Positions 16,625 to 27,012 of a stretch of DNA of 64,000 nt are shown here, in pieces. The position numbers were made by a program, and so were the translations under genes. Source of the DNA: Spirochaetia bacterium (lineage in GTDB: Bacteria; Spirochaetota; Spirochaetia; SZUA-6; Bin103); assembly GCA_965208575.1 (NCBI GenBank), contig CBDBOV010000005.1, forward strand, positions 736,001 through 800,000. The letters run 5' to 3'. Under the pieces are notes generated by a model. It had not been told where the DNA came from. It searched no databases and saw only the letters and a list, made by a program, of their open reading frames with translations. Position 1 is the first letter of the stretch. Every line of letters begins with the position of its first letter.

Positions 16625-17004
16625 GTGGCAGCCGCAGGGCTTCGCATGGCGGCGCGCATCCGAAGCGGCGCCGCTGGCTGCGCCGTAAACAGAGCATTCG
16701 CAAGCGGATTCGCGGCACCGCCGAGCGGCCGCGGCTGACCGTGTACAAGAGCAACTGCTACACCTACGCGCAGGCGATCGACGACCAGCGCGGTCACACG
16801 CTGGTGTCGGCATCGAGCCGTGACGCCGAGTTGCGCGACGCCGGCAGCCGGGTCGCCGGCGCCGGCAAGCTGGGCCTGCTGGTCGGCGAGCGCTTGCGCC
16901 GGCACGGCGTCTCCGAGGTGGTGTTCGATCGCAACGGATATCCGTATCACGGCCGGGTTCGCTCGCTCGCGGAAGGCGTGCGCGAGGCCGGGATAAACCT
17001 TTAG
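16621..17004 (+). CDS. rplR: 50S ribosomal protein L18
   Basis: [28 protein letters not shown]. Confidence 0.98.
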   Translation: MSGSRRASHGGAHPKRRRWLRRKQSIRKRIRGTAERPRLTVYKSNCYTYAQAIDDQRGHTLVSASSRDAELRDAGSRVAGAGKLGLLVGERLRRHGVSEVVFDRNGYPYHGRVRSLAEGVREAGINL

Positions 17005-17026
17005 GTTAGGTGCGGGGAAAAAGAGA

Positions 17027-17590
17027 ATGAGTAGCCGATCAACAGGTGGTCGATCCATGGGTGGCCGGCCGGCGGGAGGCCGATCGGGCGGCCGCGGCTT
17101 CGGCGACCGTCGCGACGACATGTTCGAGAAGCTGGTGCGCCTGAACCGCATCGCCAAGGTGGTGAAGGGGGGACGCCGGTTCTCCTTCTCGGCGCTGGTG
17201 GTGGTCGGCGACCGCAAGGGCCGCGTCGGTTACGGATTCGGCAAGGCCAACTACGTCGCTGACGCCATCCGCAAGAGCAGCGAGCGGGCGCGCCGCAACA
17301 TGGTTGCCGTGCCGCGCCGCAAGACCACCCTGCCGCATGCCGTGAACGGGCGGTTCAAGGGCTCCAACGTGCTGCTTCGTCCGGCGGCGCCCGGCACCGG
17401 CATCATCGCCGGCGGACCGGTGCGTGCGGTGATGGAGGCGGCCGGGATCACCGACATCCTGAGCAAGTCGTTGGGGTCGCAGAATTCGATGAACATCGTG
17501 AAGGCGGTGTTCGCCGGATTCGACCACCTGATGGACGCGCGTACGCTCGCCGCCAATCGCGGCAAGCCCGTGCGCGAGCTGTGGGGATGA
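17027..17590 (+). CDS. rpsE: 30S ribosomal protein S5
   Basis: [31 protein letters not shown]. Confidence 0.99.
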   Translation: MSSRSTGGRSMGGRPAGGRSGGRGFGDRRDDMFEKLVRLNRIAKVVKGGRRFSFSALVVVGDRKGRVGYGFGKANYVADAIRKSSERARRNMVAVPRRKTTLPHAVNGRFKGSNVLLRPAAPGTGIIAGGPVRAVMEAAGITDILSKSLGSQNSMNIVKAVFAGFDHLMDARTLAANRGKPVRELWG

Positions 17591-17805
17591 GCATGGCGCA
17601 GCCGGGCACCTCCGCAGACACCATTCGCGTGCGCCTGACACGCAGTCCGCTCGGCAGCAAGCCGCGCCACCGCCGCACGCTTGCCGCCCTCGGATTGCGT
17701 CGCGTGGGCAGCAGCGTACGCCATGCCGCGACGCCGGACATCCTCGGCATGGTCAAGCAGGTGTCGTACCTGCTGACCGTGGAGCCGGCGGGAGAGGATA
17801 CGTGA
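17587..17805 (+). CDS. rpmD: 50S ribosomal protein L30
   Basis: RSPLG...TLAALGLRR...GMVKQVSYL; exact start uncertain (17587 or 17593). Confidence 0.93.
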   Translation: MSMAQPGTSADTIRVRLTRSPLGSKPRHRRTLAALGLRRVGSSVRHAATPDILGMVKQVSYLLTVEPAGEDT

Positions 17806-18341
17806 CGGGGACGCAGCGGGACGCTTCGAGGGTGTACGCCTCGATCGACGGTCCGCGCCGGCCGGCCGGCGCCACGCGCGCGCGGCGCGTGGTCGGGCGC
17901 GGTGCCGGCAGCGGCCGCGGCGGTACCGCGGGACGCGGCACCAAGGGGCAGAACTCGCGCTCCGGCGGCGGCGTTCGCCCCGGCTTCGAGGGCGGCCAGA
18001 TGCCGCTCTACCGGCGCGTGGCACGGCGCGGATTCTCCAACAAGCGATTTCGCGTCGAGTACCAGGTACTCAATGTCGCGGCGCTTGCCGGCTTCGAGGA
18101 CGGCGCGGTGGTGACCCCGCGGTCGCTCGCCGAGCGCGGCCTGATCAAGTCCGCGGCGGCGGCCGTGAAGCTGCTCGGCGACGGCGCCGTCGATCGCCGG
18201 CTCGAGGTGCAGGTGACGCGCGTATCCGAAAGCGCACGCCGCAAGATCGAGGCGGCCGGCGGCCGCGTAACCCTGGTCGCGGCGCCGGCAACCGAGGTGT
18301 CGTCCGGCAGCGCACCGGCGGGCGCGGGCTCAGCGGAGTAG
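17802..18341 (+). CDS. rplO: 50S ribosomal protein L15
   Basis: GRGAGSGRGGTAGRGTKGQ, GFEGGQMPLYRR. Confidence 0.98.
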   Translation: MTGTQRDASRVYASIDGPRRPAGATRARRVVGRGAGSGRGGTAGRGTKGQNSRSGGGVRPGFEGGQMPLYRRVARRGFSNKRFRVEYQVLNVAALAGFEDGAVVTPRSLAERGLIKSAAAAVKLLGDGAVDRRLEVQVTRVSESARRKIEAAGGRVTLVAAPATEVSSGSAPAGAGSAE

Positions 18342-18343
18342 GC

Positions 18344-19666
18344 GTGGCATCGAATCCAATCGTCGACATCTTCCGGATCAAGGACCTGCGCGACCGAATC
18401 CTGTTCACGGTGGCGATGCTGCTGGTGTTCCGGCTCGGCGCGGTGCTTCCCATCCCGGGCGTCAACGTGACCGCGCTCAACGCCTTCTTCACCGCCCAGC
18501 AGAGTTCGGGGACGGTCGGCATCACCGACTACTTCGACTTCTTCTCGGGGGGCGCGTTTACCAACTTCTCGATCTTCATGCTCGGCATCGTGCCCTACAT
18601 CACCACCTCGATCATCATGCAGCTCCTGCTGATGGTGTTTCCGAAGCTGAAGAAGATCTCCGAGGAGGAGGGCGGACGGAAGCGCATCCAGCGCTATACC
18701 CGCTACGGCACCGTGTTCGTGTGCCTGGTGCAGTCGTTCACCGTTACCGAGTTTGCCAACTCCATTCCCGACGCCATCACCATGGCACGGGTGCCGTACA
18801 CGATCATTGCCATGATCACGGTGACGGCGGGGACCGTTTTCCTGATGTGGGTGGGTGAGCAGATTACCCAGCGCGGCATCGGCAACGGCATTTCGCTGCT
18901 CATCTTCGCCGGCATCGTGGCACGCATCCCGAATGCCATCTGGATCATCATCACGCAGATCCAGCGGCAGGACCTCAACCCGGTATACGCCATCGTGGTG
19001 TTCGGCGTGTTCGTCGGCGTGATCGCACTGATCGTCTATGAGCAGCAAGGGCAGCGGCGCATTCCGGTCAATTACGCCAAGCGGGTAGTCGGACGGCGCG
19101 TGTACGGCGCGCAAAACGCGTACCTGCCGTTCAAGATCAACCCGTCCGGTGTCATTCCGGTGATCTTCGCCTCCTCGGTGCTGATCTTCCCGCTGCAGAT
19201 TGCGCAGAATCTCGGCAGCAGCCAGCCATGGCTGTCCCGGTTCGCCTCCTGGCTGCGTCCGGACGGGCTGCCGCATGTCATCGTGTATGCGGTGCTGATC
19301 GTGTTCTTCGCCTACTTCTACACCCAGGTCACGCTCAACCCGGTGGAGATTGCCCGCCAGATTCGGGAGAACGGTGGCTCCATCCGCGGCATCAGCTCGG
19401 ACAACATGCGCGCCTATTTGACGCGCATACTGAATCGCATCATCTTACCGGGAGCGTTGTTCCTGGCGTTCATCGCGATCATTCCCTCGATCATCCAGGC
19501 GCTGTTCTCGTTTCCGTCGTCGGTGGCCTTCCTCATGGGCGGTACTTCGCTGCTCATCATGGTGGGCGTCGACCTCGACACCATGAGTCAGATCGAGGGG
19601 CACCTGCGCATGCACCACCACGAGGGACTGACCAAGAAGGGACGCATCCGGTCGCGGAATCTGTGA
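18344..19666 (+). CDS. secY: Preprotein translocase subunit SecY
   Basis: Ten hydrophobic segments; [37 protein letters not shown]. Confidence 0.99.
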   Translation: MASNPIVDIFRIKDLRDRILFTVAMLLVFRLGAVLPIPGVNVTALNAFFTAQQSSGTVGITDYFDFFSGGAFTNFSIFMLGIVPYITTSIIMQLLLMVFPKLKKISEEEGGRKRIQRYTRYGTVFVCLVQSFTVTEFANSIPDAITMARVPYTIIAMITVTAGTVFLMWVGEQITQRGIGNGISLLIFAGIVARIPNAIWIIITQIQRQDLNPVYAIVVFGVFVGVIALIVYEQQGQRRIPVNYAKRVVGRRVYGAQNAYLPFKINPSGVIPVIFASSVLIFPLQIAQNLGSSQPWLSRFASWLRPDGLPHVIVYAVLIVFFAYFYTQVTLNPVEIARQIRENGGSIRGISSDNMRAYLTRILNRIILPGALFLAFIAIIPSIIQALFSFPSSVAFLMGGTSLLIMVGVDLDTMSQIEGHLRMHHHEGLTKKGRIRSRNL

Positions 19667-19680
19667 GGTGGGGAGTTGAA

Positions 19681-19797
19681 ATGAAGGTACGCGTGAGCGT
19701 GAAGAAAATGTGCAACCGGTGCAAAGTGATCCGGCGGCGCGGGGTGGTGCGGGTAATCTGCACCAACCCCAAGCATAAACAGCGGCAACGCGGCTGA
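19681..19797 (+). CDS. rpmJ: 50S ribosomal protein L36
   Basis: [38 protein letters not shown]. Confidence 0.98.
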   Translation: MKVRVSVKKMCNRCKVIRRRGVVRVICTNPKHKQRQRG

Positions 19798-19822
19798 TCC
19801 GCGGGCGCACAAGGGGGCTTTC

Positions 19823-20203
19823 GTGGCACGTATAGCGGGAATCGACCTGCCCAACAAACACGTGGATATCGCGCTGACCTACATCTTCGGGATCGGGCGT
19901 TCGGCGGCGACTGCGATCTGCGCTACGGTCGGCATCGATCCGGGCACGCGCATGAACGACCTGACCGCGGACGAGATTACCCGGCTGCGGCAGGTCATCG
20001 AGAACGACTACCAGGTGGAGGGCCGGCTCCGCACCGAGGTGTCGATGAACATCAAGCGATTGATGGACATCGGCTGCTACCGCGGAATTCGCCATCGCCG
20101 CGGCCTGCCGGTGCGCGGCCAGCGGACACGTACCAACGCAAGGATTCGAAAGGGCAAGCGGAAGACGGTCGCCGGCAAGCGCAAGGCGCCGGCCGCGAAG
20201 TAA
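19823..20203 (+). CDS. rpsM: 30S ribosomal protein S13
   Basis: [31 protein letters not shown]. Confidence 0.99.
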   Translation: MARIAGIDLPNKHVDIALTYIFGIGRSAATAICATVGIDPGTRMNDLTADEITRLRQVIENDYQVEGRLRTEVSMNIKRLMDIGCYRGIRHRRGLPVRGQRTRTNARIRKGKRKTVAGKRKAPAAK

Positions 20204-20248
20204 CGCGCGGCGGAGCGTGGCCGGCGAACCGGACAAAACGGAGAGAGA

Positions 20249-20620
20249 GTGGCAAAACGATCAGCAAGAAGACAGGTCAGCAGGGGCAACGTCTATATCC
20301 AGGCTACCTTCAACAACACCATCATCACGATTACCGACCTGACCGGCGATGCCGTGTCGTGGGCGTCGGCCGGATCTCTGGGGTTTCGAGGGGCAAAGAA
20401 ATCGACGCCTTTTGCCGCTCAGACCACCGCGGAGACGGCGGCGCGAAAGGCGATGGAGTACGGTCTGCAGGAAGTGAGTGTGTACGTGAAGGGCCCCGGC
20501 GGCGGCGGCGAGTCCGCCATCCGCTCGCTCGGCGCCCTCGGACTGCGGGTTCGGGCAATACGCAACGTTACCCCGATCCCCCACAACGGTTGCCGTCCGC
20601 AGAAGAAGCGGCGCGTGTGA
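20249..20620 (+). CDS. rpsK: 30S ribosomal protein S11
   Basis: [28 protein letters not shown]. Confidence 0.99.
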   Translation: MAKRSARRQVSRGNVYIQATFNNTIITITDLTGDAVSWASAGSLGFRGAKKSTPFAAQTTAETAARKAMEYGLQEVSVYVKGPGGGGESAIRSLGALGLRVRAIRNVTPIPHNGCRPQKKRRV

Positions 20621-20632
20621 GGAGGCCAAATC

Positions 20633-21268
20633 ATGGGTAGGTACCTGGGACCGGCCTGCCGGTTGTGTCGCGTCGAGGGCGTCAAGTTGTTTCTCAAGGG
20701 AGATCGGTGTCACGGCCCCAAGTGCCAGATCACCAAGCGCAAGGGCAAGCCCGGCAAGGCTCCGCGCGCGCGCATGCAGAAGGTATCCGACTTCGGCGTG
20801 CAGATGCGTGAGAAGCAGAAGGTGAAGCGGATGTACGGGATGTTCGAGCGGCAATTCCGGGGCTTTTTCCAGAAGGCCTCCCGCGAACGCGGCGTGACCG
20901 GCGAGAATCTGATCCGGCTGCTGGAAAAGCGGCTCGACAACATTGTCTACCGGCTGCACTTTGCGGCGTCTCGCAAGCAGGCCCGGCAACTGGTATCGCA
21001 CGGGCACATCCTCGTGAACGGCAAGCGGGTCACCATCCCGTCCTACCTGGTGCGCGAAAACGACACCATCTCGGTGCATGAACGCGCGAAGCGAATGACG
21101 GTGATCAAGGATGGTCTCAAGGAGTATTCGCGCGCCGGAGTGGTGCCCTGGCTGGCGGTGGACCCGGACGCTCTGACCGGGTCGGTGCGGGGGATACCGC
21201 AGCGCGGCGATATCGCGGACCTTGCCGGGGTCAACGAGCAGCTCATTGTCGAGCTGTATTCGAAGTAG
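20633..21268 (+). CDS. rpsD: 30S ribosomal protein S4
   Basis: CRLCRVEGVKLFLKG, EKQKVKRMYG, RLDNIVYR, IVELYSK. Confidence 0.99.
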   Translation: MGRYLGPACRLCRVEGVKLFLKGDRCHGPKCQITKRKGKPGKAPRARMQKVSDFGVQMREKQKVKRMYGMFERQFRGFFQKASRERGVTGENLIRLLEKRLDNIVYRLHFAASRKQARQLVSHGHILVNGKRVTIPSYLVRENDTISVHERAKRMTVIKDGLKEYSRAGVVPWLAVDPDALTGSVRGIPQRGDIADLAGVNEQLIVELYSK

Positions 21269-21274
21269 GTAGGT

Positions 21275-22453
21275 ATGGGACGACGGAGTCTGTTGAAAGG
21301 GCTCAAACGACCCAAGGGCATCACGTTCGAGCACGGCGAGGTAGGTCGCAACTTCGGGCGCTTCATCGCGTACCCGTTCGAGCGCGGCTACGGAGTCACG
21401 GTCGGCAACACGTTGCGCCGGATCTTGCTGTCGTCGATTCAGGGCTACGCGGTTACCGCCATTCACGTAACGAGCTACGATGCGGATCAGGTGCCGCACG
21501 TCCTGTCGAGCGAATTCGACTCGATTCCCGACGTGGTCGAGGACACCCCCGACTTCATCAACCAGCTCAAGCACCTGAAGCTGTCCCTGGCCGACGATCT
21601 CGAAGAGAAGACCATCCTCATGGAGGTTCAGGGACCCGGTGAGATCACCGGCGTGAACCTTGCCAACGACCAGCAGGTAAGGGTGCTCAACCCGGAACTG
21701 AAGCTGGCGACGCTGATGGAGGGCGCCAACCTCGCCATCGAGGTTCAAATCGAGCTCGGCCGCGGATACGTCCCCGCGGAGCGCCAGGAGCGCTATATCC
21801 AGGTGGTTGGGACGATCGCGGTGGACGCCATGTACTCGCCGATCCTGAAGGCGCGGTATTCGGTGGAGAACACGAGGGTCGGCCAGCGCACCGACTACGA
21901 CAAGCTGATTCTGGAGATTACCACCGATGGATCGGTGGCGCCCGAGGATGCGCTCGCCGAGGCCGCCAAGATCGCCAAGGATCAGTTCACCATCTTCATC
22001 AACTTCGACGAGGACGACGGCAGCGACGAGGACGCGTACGATGAGCATGACGAACTCGTCCGCTCACTGATGGAGACGCCGGTGGAGGAGCTCGAGCTCT
22101 CGGTGCGCTCCAGCAATTGCCTTCGGAACGCGAACATCCGGACCATCGGCGATCTGGTCGCCAGAACCGAAGAGGAGATCGCGAAGACCCGGAACTTCGG
22201 CAAGAAGTCGCTCGACGAGATCAAGTCGAAGCTCGCCGAGCGCAACCTGCGCCTCGGGATCGGCAACGTCGAGGAAGTCAAGACCGAATTCGACGGCGAG
22301 GATGTCGGCGATCCGTCCGCGCCCGACGATGCGCCCGACGATGCGCCGGACAGTGTTGCGCCGGACAGTGTTGCGCCGGATGGTGCACCGGAGATGGACG
22401 CGGCGCCGGACGAAGCGGCGGCCGCTGCCGACAGCGGGACCAATGAAGCATAG
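21275..22453 (+). CDS. rpoA: DNA-directed RNA polymerase subunit alpha (acidic repetitive tail)
   Basis: PFERGYGVTVGNTLRRILLSS, RVGQRTDYDKL, alpha-CTD LELSVRSSNCL / NFGKKSL. Confidence 0.99.
   Translation: MGRRSLLKGLKRPKGITFEHGEVGRNFGRFIAYPFERGYGVTVGNTLRRILLSSIQGYAVTAIHVTSYDADQVPHVLSSEFDSIPDVVEDTPDFINQLKHLKLSLADDLEEKTILMEVQGPGEITGVNLANDQQVRVLNPELKLATLMEGANLAIEVQIELGRGYVPAERQERYIQVVGTIAVDAMYSPILKARYSVENTRVGQRTDYDKLILEITTDGSVAPEDALAEAAKIAKDQFTIFINFDEDDGSDEDAYDEHDELVRSLMETPVEELELSVRSSNCLRNANIRTIGDLVARTEEEIAKTRNFGKKSLDEIKSKLAERNLRLGIGNVEEVKTEFDGEDVGDPSAPDDAPDDAPDSVAPDSVAPDGAPEMDAAPDEAAAAADSGTNEA
22319..22372. repeat. Tandem 12-bp (GCGCCCGACGAT x2) and 15-bp (GCGCCGGACAGTGTT x2) repeats in the rpoA 3' end
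   Basis: Read directly; encode APDD APDD APDSV APDSV. Confidence 0.85.
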
Positions 22454-22823
22454 AAACGACATCAACCGCCTCGATCGCAAGGCGAGTCACCGGCGCGCCC
22501 TGCATCGCAGCATGGTGACCGCGCTGTTTCGCTACGAGCGCATTCGTACCACCAGGGCCAAGGCGAGGGAAATCGCGCGCACGGCGGAACGGTTGATCAC
22601 CCGTGCCCGGGTGGACAGCGTGCACAACCGGCGCCAGGTGGCGCGCAGCGTGCCCGACAAGGAGATCCTGGCCAAGTTGTTCGACGAGATAGCCGGCCGC
22701 TTCCGCGATCGCCCGGGCGGCTATACCAGGCGAGTGAAGCTGGGCCAGCGCTATGGAGACGCCACCGAGATGGTGCTCCTGGAACTGGTCGAGCGGAGTG
22801 AGGACTCCGACACGGGGGAGTGA
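22443..22823 (+). CDS. rplQ: 50S ribosomal protein L17
   Basis: MKHR...SHRRAL, ERIRTTRAKA, RPGGYTR. Confidence 0.98.
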   Translation: MKHRNDINRLDRKASHRRALHRSMVTALFRYERIRTTRAKAREIARTAERLITRARVDSVHNRRQVARSVPDKEILAKLFDEIAGRFRDRPGGYTRRVKLGQRYGDATEMVLLELVERSEDSDTGE

Positions 22824-22887
22824 CCGCAGGCGCGCGGTCGCGTAACCTGCCGGCGGCTCGGGGCGGCGGCTCTCGTGCGGCGCCCCC

Positions 22888-23478
22888 TTGACCGACTGGC
22901 TCGACCGGCGGGTTTCGGCGCGGGCGTTGCTGGCGTGGGTGTGTCTGACGGCGCCGTCCATGCTGGTTGCGAGCACTCCGGCGGTGCGCGCGGCGCAGTT
23001 GGCGCTGCTGGTCATCGTCGCACTCAGCACGGGGCGCAGCATTCGCACTGCGCGGACCGTGCTGTTTTTCGCCGCGGTGGTGGCGTTCAACCTGGTGACA
23101 CCGGGCGGGCGTGTGCTGGCTGCGCCGGCCGGCATTCCGATCACTGCCGGCGCGCTGGAGGTCGGACTCGCCAAGGCGTTCGGGCTGACCGGTCTGCTGC
23201 TGCTCTCCAAGATAGGAATACGGCGCGATCTGCGCCTGCCGGGGCGCGCGGGACACCTGCTCGACCTCACGCTGGCCTACGTGCGCGCGTTTCTCGCGGC
23301 CGACGTGAAGCTGCTCGCGCGCGACCCGGTCGGACGCCTCGACAACCTGCTGTGCGAGGTGCAGCGCGAAGTGGATGCCGCCCCGGACACCACTCCAACG
23401 CCGCCGACGCCGCTGGGCGTCGCCGTCCTGACCGCTCTGCTGGCGGCGAGCTGGGCAGCCGTGCTGGTGGGGAATTAG
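22888..23478 (+). CDS. Integral membrane protein, possibly ECF-T/CbiQ-like
   Basis: About 5 hydrophobic segments; FNLVTPGGRVL...ITAGALEVGL resembles the N-terminal half of ECF T components; start uncertain. Confidence 0.6.
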   Translation: MTDWLDRRVSARALLAWVCLTAPSMLVASTPAVRAAQLALLVIVALSTGRSIRTARTVLFFAAVVAFNLVTPGGRVLAAPAGIPITAGALEVGLAKAFGLTGLLLLSKIGIRRDLRLPGRAGHLLDLTLAYVRAFLAADVKLLARDPVGRLDNLLCEVQREVDAAPDTTPTPPTPLGVAVLTALLAASWAAVLVGN

Positions 23479-23479
23479 C

Positions 23480-24463
23480 ATGAAGGCGGAGCGCCGCAAC
23501 CCGCTGTGGATGGTCGTCGGGTTGCTGGTTGCGGCGGCGGTGGCGACGGCGCCCCTGTGGTGGGAGGCGGCGGGCAGGCTGGTGCGGTCGGGACCGCTCG
23601 CGCCGGCCTGGCCCTGGCTGGTGCCGGCGCTGCTCGGTGCGCTGGTGGCGGCACTGACGCTGGCCCCGCTGCGCGCGCCTCGCCGGCGGCGCGCAGCCGC
23701 CGCAACGCCGCCGGCGCCGTCCTCGCCGGCGCCGCGGCGGCCGGAAGCGGTCGAAGAGCGCCGGCCGGAGCCGGCCGCCGAGCGCGAGCGCGCGGCGGTC
23801 GAGGTGTGGGAGACGGCGGCGTTTGCCGAAGCGGTGCAGCGGTTCCGCGACAGCGTGGCGCTCGAGGGCGGCGTGTACCGTGTGCGCGAGCAGGTCTACG
23901 GCGTGCCCGCGGAGCCGCGCCGGTCGCTGCGCCGGGTCGCCGAGACCGTGATAACGGACGACAAGATCGCGCGCCTGGCGACCGCCGGTCAGCGCCGGCA
24001 GGTGCGCACGCGGGTGACCGGCGCGGGCGTGGACTACGATCAACTGCTGGCGCAGTTCCGCGGTACGGGCGCCGGCGACACGCGCCGGCGGGTGTTGGAA
24101 GAACAACGCGCGGCGTTGGCGGCGCACGCCGCGGTGGTGCTGGTGGAACAGGCCGCCGGCTACACGGCCAGCATCGCCGCCGGGGCGCCGCGCGTGGTCC
24201 TGAGTGCGATGGCCGTGAGCGCCGGCGACCAGCTCTACGACGAGCACCTGCGGGCGCGACGCTACGTGCTGGCCGGGCCGGGCAGCGACGTGTGTACCCG
24301 GCTGCCGTTCGCGGCCGACCGCGTGGCGCTGTTGCCGGCGACGCTTGACGGCGGGCACGCCTACCTGCTGTTCGCCGCCTCGGCGCGGGGCGACGCAGCG
24401 GCCGAGGCGAGCGGGCCGTGGTCACGGGAGAGCCTCGTGGACCGGCTCAATCTGCATCCCTGA
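23480..24463 (+). CDS. Hypothetical membrane-anchored protein
   Basis: 327 aa, two N-terminal TM segments, Pro-rich linker, soluble C-terminal region; ATG 1 nt after the upstream stop. Confidence 0.7.
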   Translation: MKAERRNPLWMVVGLLVAAAVATAPLWWEAAGRLVRSGPLAPAWPWLVPALLGALVAALTLAPLRAPRRRRAAAATPPAPSSPAPRRPEAVEERRPEPAAERERAAVEVWETAAFAEAVQRFRDSVALEGGVYRVREQVYGVPAEPRRSLRRVAETVITDDKIARLATAGQRRQVRTRVTGAGVDYDQLLAQFRGTGAGDTRRRVLEEQRAALAAHAAVVLVEQAAGYTASIAAGAPRVVLSAMAVSAGDQLYDEHLRARRYVLAGPGSDVCTRLPFAADRVALLPATLDGGHAYLLFAASARGDAAAEASGPWSRESLVDRLNLHP

Positions 24464-24534
24464 CCGGCGCTGCGCCCGCGCCCGCCGCGCCGCACGGCGC
24501 CGCAAGCGGCGAAGCGGCGTGCGTGGCGCTCATC

Positions 24535-24564
24535 TTGACACCGGTCGGGACCGGACAGTAGGTT
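24535..24564 (+). promoter_or_regulatory. Putative sigma70 promoter of rny
   Basis: TTGACA (24535-24540) - 18 bp - TAGGTT (24559-24564); GGGGGAGG RBS downstream. Confidence 0.55.
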
Positions 24565-24598
24565 GGCAAGTACACAACAATCATGGGGGAGGAAGTAC

Positions 24599-26134
24599 AT
24601 GCCCACCCAGTTGCCCTGGATTGTACTTTCTCTTGCCGCTGGAATTGGACTAGGTTGGCTTGTACGCTGGCTATACGCCAGACTGGAGTTGGCGTCTTCG
24701 GAACAGAAGGCGCAAAGGATCGTTAGGGACGCGAGACAGGACGCTGAAGCACGCAAGCGTGAAGCGGTCCTGGAGACGAAAGATGAGTTGTTACGAGAGC
24801 GTAACCAGTTGGAGCGGGAGACTCGGGCGCGACGAGGCGAAGTTCAGCGCCATGAGCAGCGACTGCTCCAGAAGGAAGAGAACCTAGAGAAGCGGCGAGA
24901 GGCGTTTGATCGCCAGGAGAAGCAGTTGGTCGTCCGGGAAGGGGCGATCGTAGAACGCGAGGAGGAGGTGTCGCGCGCGTCCAGGCAATGGACCGCGGAG
25001 TTGGAGCAGGTTGCAAAGCTCACCGCCGATCAGGCCAGGGAGCTGCTGGTAGGCAGCATCGAGGACGACGCCCGCCACGAAGCGCAGGCGCTGATTCACA
25101 ACATCGAAGCGGAGGCCAAGCAGACTGCCGAGCGCAAGGCGCGGGCGGTGGTGGTCAACGCGATGCAGCGCCTGGCGTCGGAGACCACTTCGGAGGTCAG
25201 CGTCACGTCGGTGAGCTTGCCGAACGACGACATGAAGGGTCGCATCATTGGCCGCGAAGGGCGCAATATCCGCACCCTCGAGAACCTGACCGGGGTCGAC
25301 ATCATTATCGACGACACCCCGGAGGCGGTGGTGCTCTCCTGTTTCGACCCGCTGCGCAAGGAGACGGCGCGTCTTGCGCTCGAACGGCTGATTTCGGATG
25401 GCCGCATCCATCCCGCTCGCATCGAGGAGATCGTGCGCAAGGTGCATCGCGATCTGGAGAAGACGATCGAGGAGGACGCCGAGCGCGTGCTGTTCGACCT
25501 CGAAATCCCGAGTATGCACCGCGACCTGGTGATGACGCTCGGACGCCTCAAGTACCGCACGAGTTACGGCCAGAACCAGCTCGCCCATGCCAAGGAGACC
25601 GCGCAGCTCGGGGCGATGATCGCGGCCGAGACCGGCGGCAACATCCAGATGAGCAAGCGTGCTTCGTTGCTGCACGACATCGGCAAGGCTATCGATACGG
25701 ACGAGAACCTCGGCCACGCGGTGACCGGCATGGAGTTGGCGCGCCGCTGCGGCGAGGACGAGGTGGTGTGCAACGCCATCGGCGCACACCACTACGATGT
25801 CGAGCCGTCGGGGGTCGAAGCGATCATCGTCCAGATCGCGGACACCATCTCGGCATCGCGGCCGGGAGCGCGGCGCGAATCCCTGGACAACTACCTGAAG
25901 CGGCTGGAGAACCTGGAGCGCATCGCAACCGGCTACGCCGGCGTCGAACGCGCCTACGCGATTCAGGCGGGCCGGGAGCTGCGCGTGATGGTCAGTACCG
26001 AGCGCGTGTCCGACGACGGCGCGCGCGAACTCGGCAGACAGGTCGCCAAGCAGATCGAAGCCGAGCTCAAGTACCCGGGGAGGATCAAGGTAACGGTGAT
26101 TCGCGAGACGCGGGTCGTAGAGTATGCACGCTGA
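24599..26134 (+). CDS. rny: Ribonuclease Y
   Basis: N-terminal TM, coiled coil, KH (MKGRIIGREGRNIR), HD (LLHDIGKA), AIQAGRELRV. Confidence 0.98.
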   Translation: MPTQLPWIVLSLAAGIGLGWLVRWLYARLELASSEQKAQRIVRDARQDAEARKREAVLETKDELLRERNQLERETRARRGEVQRHEQRLLQKEENLEKRREAFDRQEKQLVVREGAIVEREEEVSRASRQWTAELEQVAKLTADQARELLVGSIEDDARHEAQALIHNIEAEAKQTAERKARAVVVNAMQRLASETTSEVSVTSVSLPNDDMKGRIIGREGRNIRTLENLTGVDIIIDDTPEAVVLSCFDPLRKETARLALERLISDGRIHPARIEEIVRKVHRDLEKTIEEDAERVLFDLEIPSMHRDLVMTLGRLKYRTSYGQNQLAHAKETAQLGAMIAAETGGNIQMSKRASLLHDIGKAIDTDENLGHAVTGMELARRCGEDEVVCNAIGAHHYDVEPSGVEAIIVQIADTISASRPGARRESLDNYLKRLENLERIATGYAGVERAYAIQAGRELRVMVSTERVSDDGARELGRQVAKQIEAELKYPGRIKVTVIRETRVVEYAR

Positions 26135-26166
26135 GGAGCCGATCGTGGCCGGTGCGGGAGCGGGAC

Positions 26167-27012
26167 GTGACTGACGGGTTGCAGGAGTTGATCGGCGCAG
26201 CGACCGCGCCGCGCCGCGCGCCCGAGCCGCTGCGGGTGTTGCTGATTGGTGACGTGGTCGGGCCATCCGGGTCGCGCGCCCTGTTCATGCACCTTGCGCG
26301 ACTCAAGAAGCGCAGTCGTTGTGACCTGGTCATTGCCAACGTCGAGAACTCCGCCGCCGGGTTCGGCCTTACCCTTGCGCAGGCGGACGAGTACGCCGGT
26401 TACGGCGTCGACGTGATGACCACCGGCAATCACATCTGGCAACAGAGGGAGATCTGGCCGCGCCTGGAGAGCGACGATCGGCTGCTCAGGCCGCACAATT
26501 ATCCCCCCACGGTGCCCGGAAAGGGCACGTGTATCGTGGAAGCCGGCGGGGTCAAGGTCGGCGTACTGAACCTGGAGGGGAGAGTTGCCATGTCGCACCT
26601 CGATTGTCCGTTCCGCGTGGCGCGCACCGAGGTCGCCAAGCTGCGCAAGGAGACGCCGCTGGTGGTGGTGGACATGCACGCGGAGAGCGTCGAGGAGAAG
26701 GAAGCGCTGGCGCTGCATCTCGACGGATCGGTGTCCGCCGTGGTCGGTACGCACACGCACGTACAGACCGCCGACGAGCGGATTCTGCCGGGCGGAACCG
26801 CCTACCTGACCGACCTGGGGATGACCGGCCCGCGCGACAGCGTGCTCGGCATGAAGTCGGATGTCGTGTTGCGCCGCGCATTGAGCCAGATGCCGTTGCG
26901 CATGGAGGTCGACGAGGGGCCGGCCGACATCTGTGGCGCGTTGCTGAGCGTGGACCGCGTCACCGGCAAGGCGATCGCCCTGGAACGAATAGTCGAGCGC
27001 GCCCGCTTGTGA
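26167..27012 (+). CDS. YmdB/TIGR00282-family metallophosphoesterase
   Basis: IGDVVG, NVENSAAGFG, TTGNH, DMHAE, GTHTHVQTAD, TDLGMTG; usual neighbour of rny. Confidence 0.95.
   Translation: MTDGLQELIGAATAPRRAPEPLRVLLIGDVVGPSGSRALFMHLARLKKRSRCDLVIANVENSAAGFGLTLAQADEYAGYGVDVMTTGNHIWQQREIWPRLESDDRLLRPHNYPPTVPGKGTCIVEAGGVKVGVLNLEGRVAMSHLDCPFRVARTEVAKLRKETPLVVVDMHAESVEEKEALALHLDGSVSAVVGTHTHVQTADERILPGGTAYLTDLGMTGPRDSVLGMKSDVVLRRALSQMPLRMEVDEGPADICGALLSVDRVTGKAIALERIVERARL

Noticed and set aside
19666-19823. adk, map and infA missing between secY and rpmJ
   Set aside because: Ordinary arrangement for spirochetes; useful only as a taxonomic hint
24988-27012. Apparent long fusion ORFs (24988-27012; also 26529-27869, 50118-51455, 50927-52189, 51769-53859)
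   Set aside because: The upstream portions overlap other real genes out of frame; true starts are downstream
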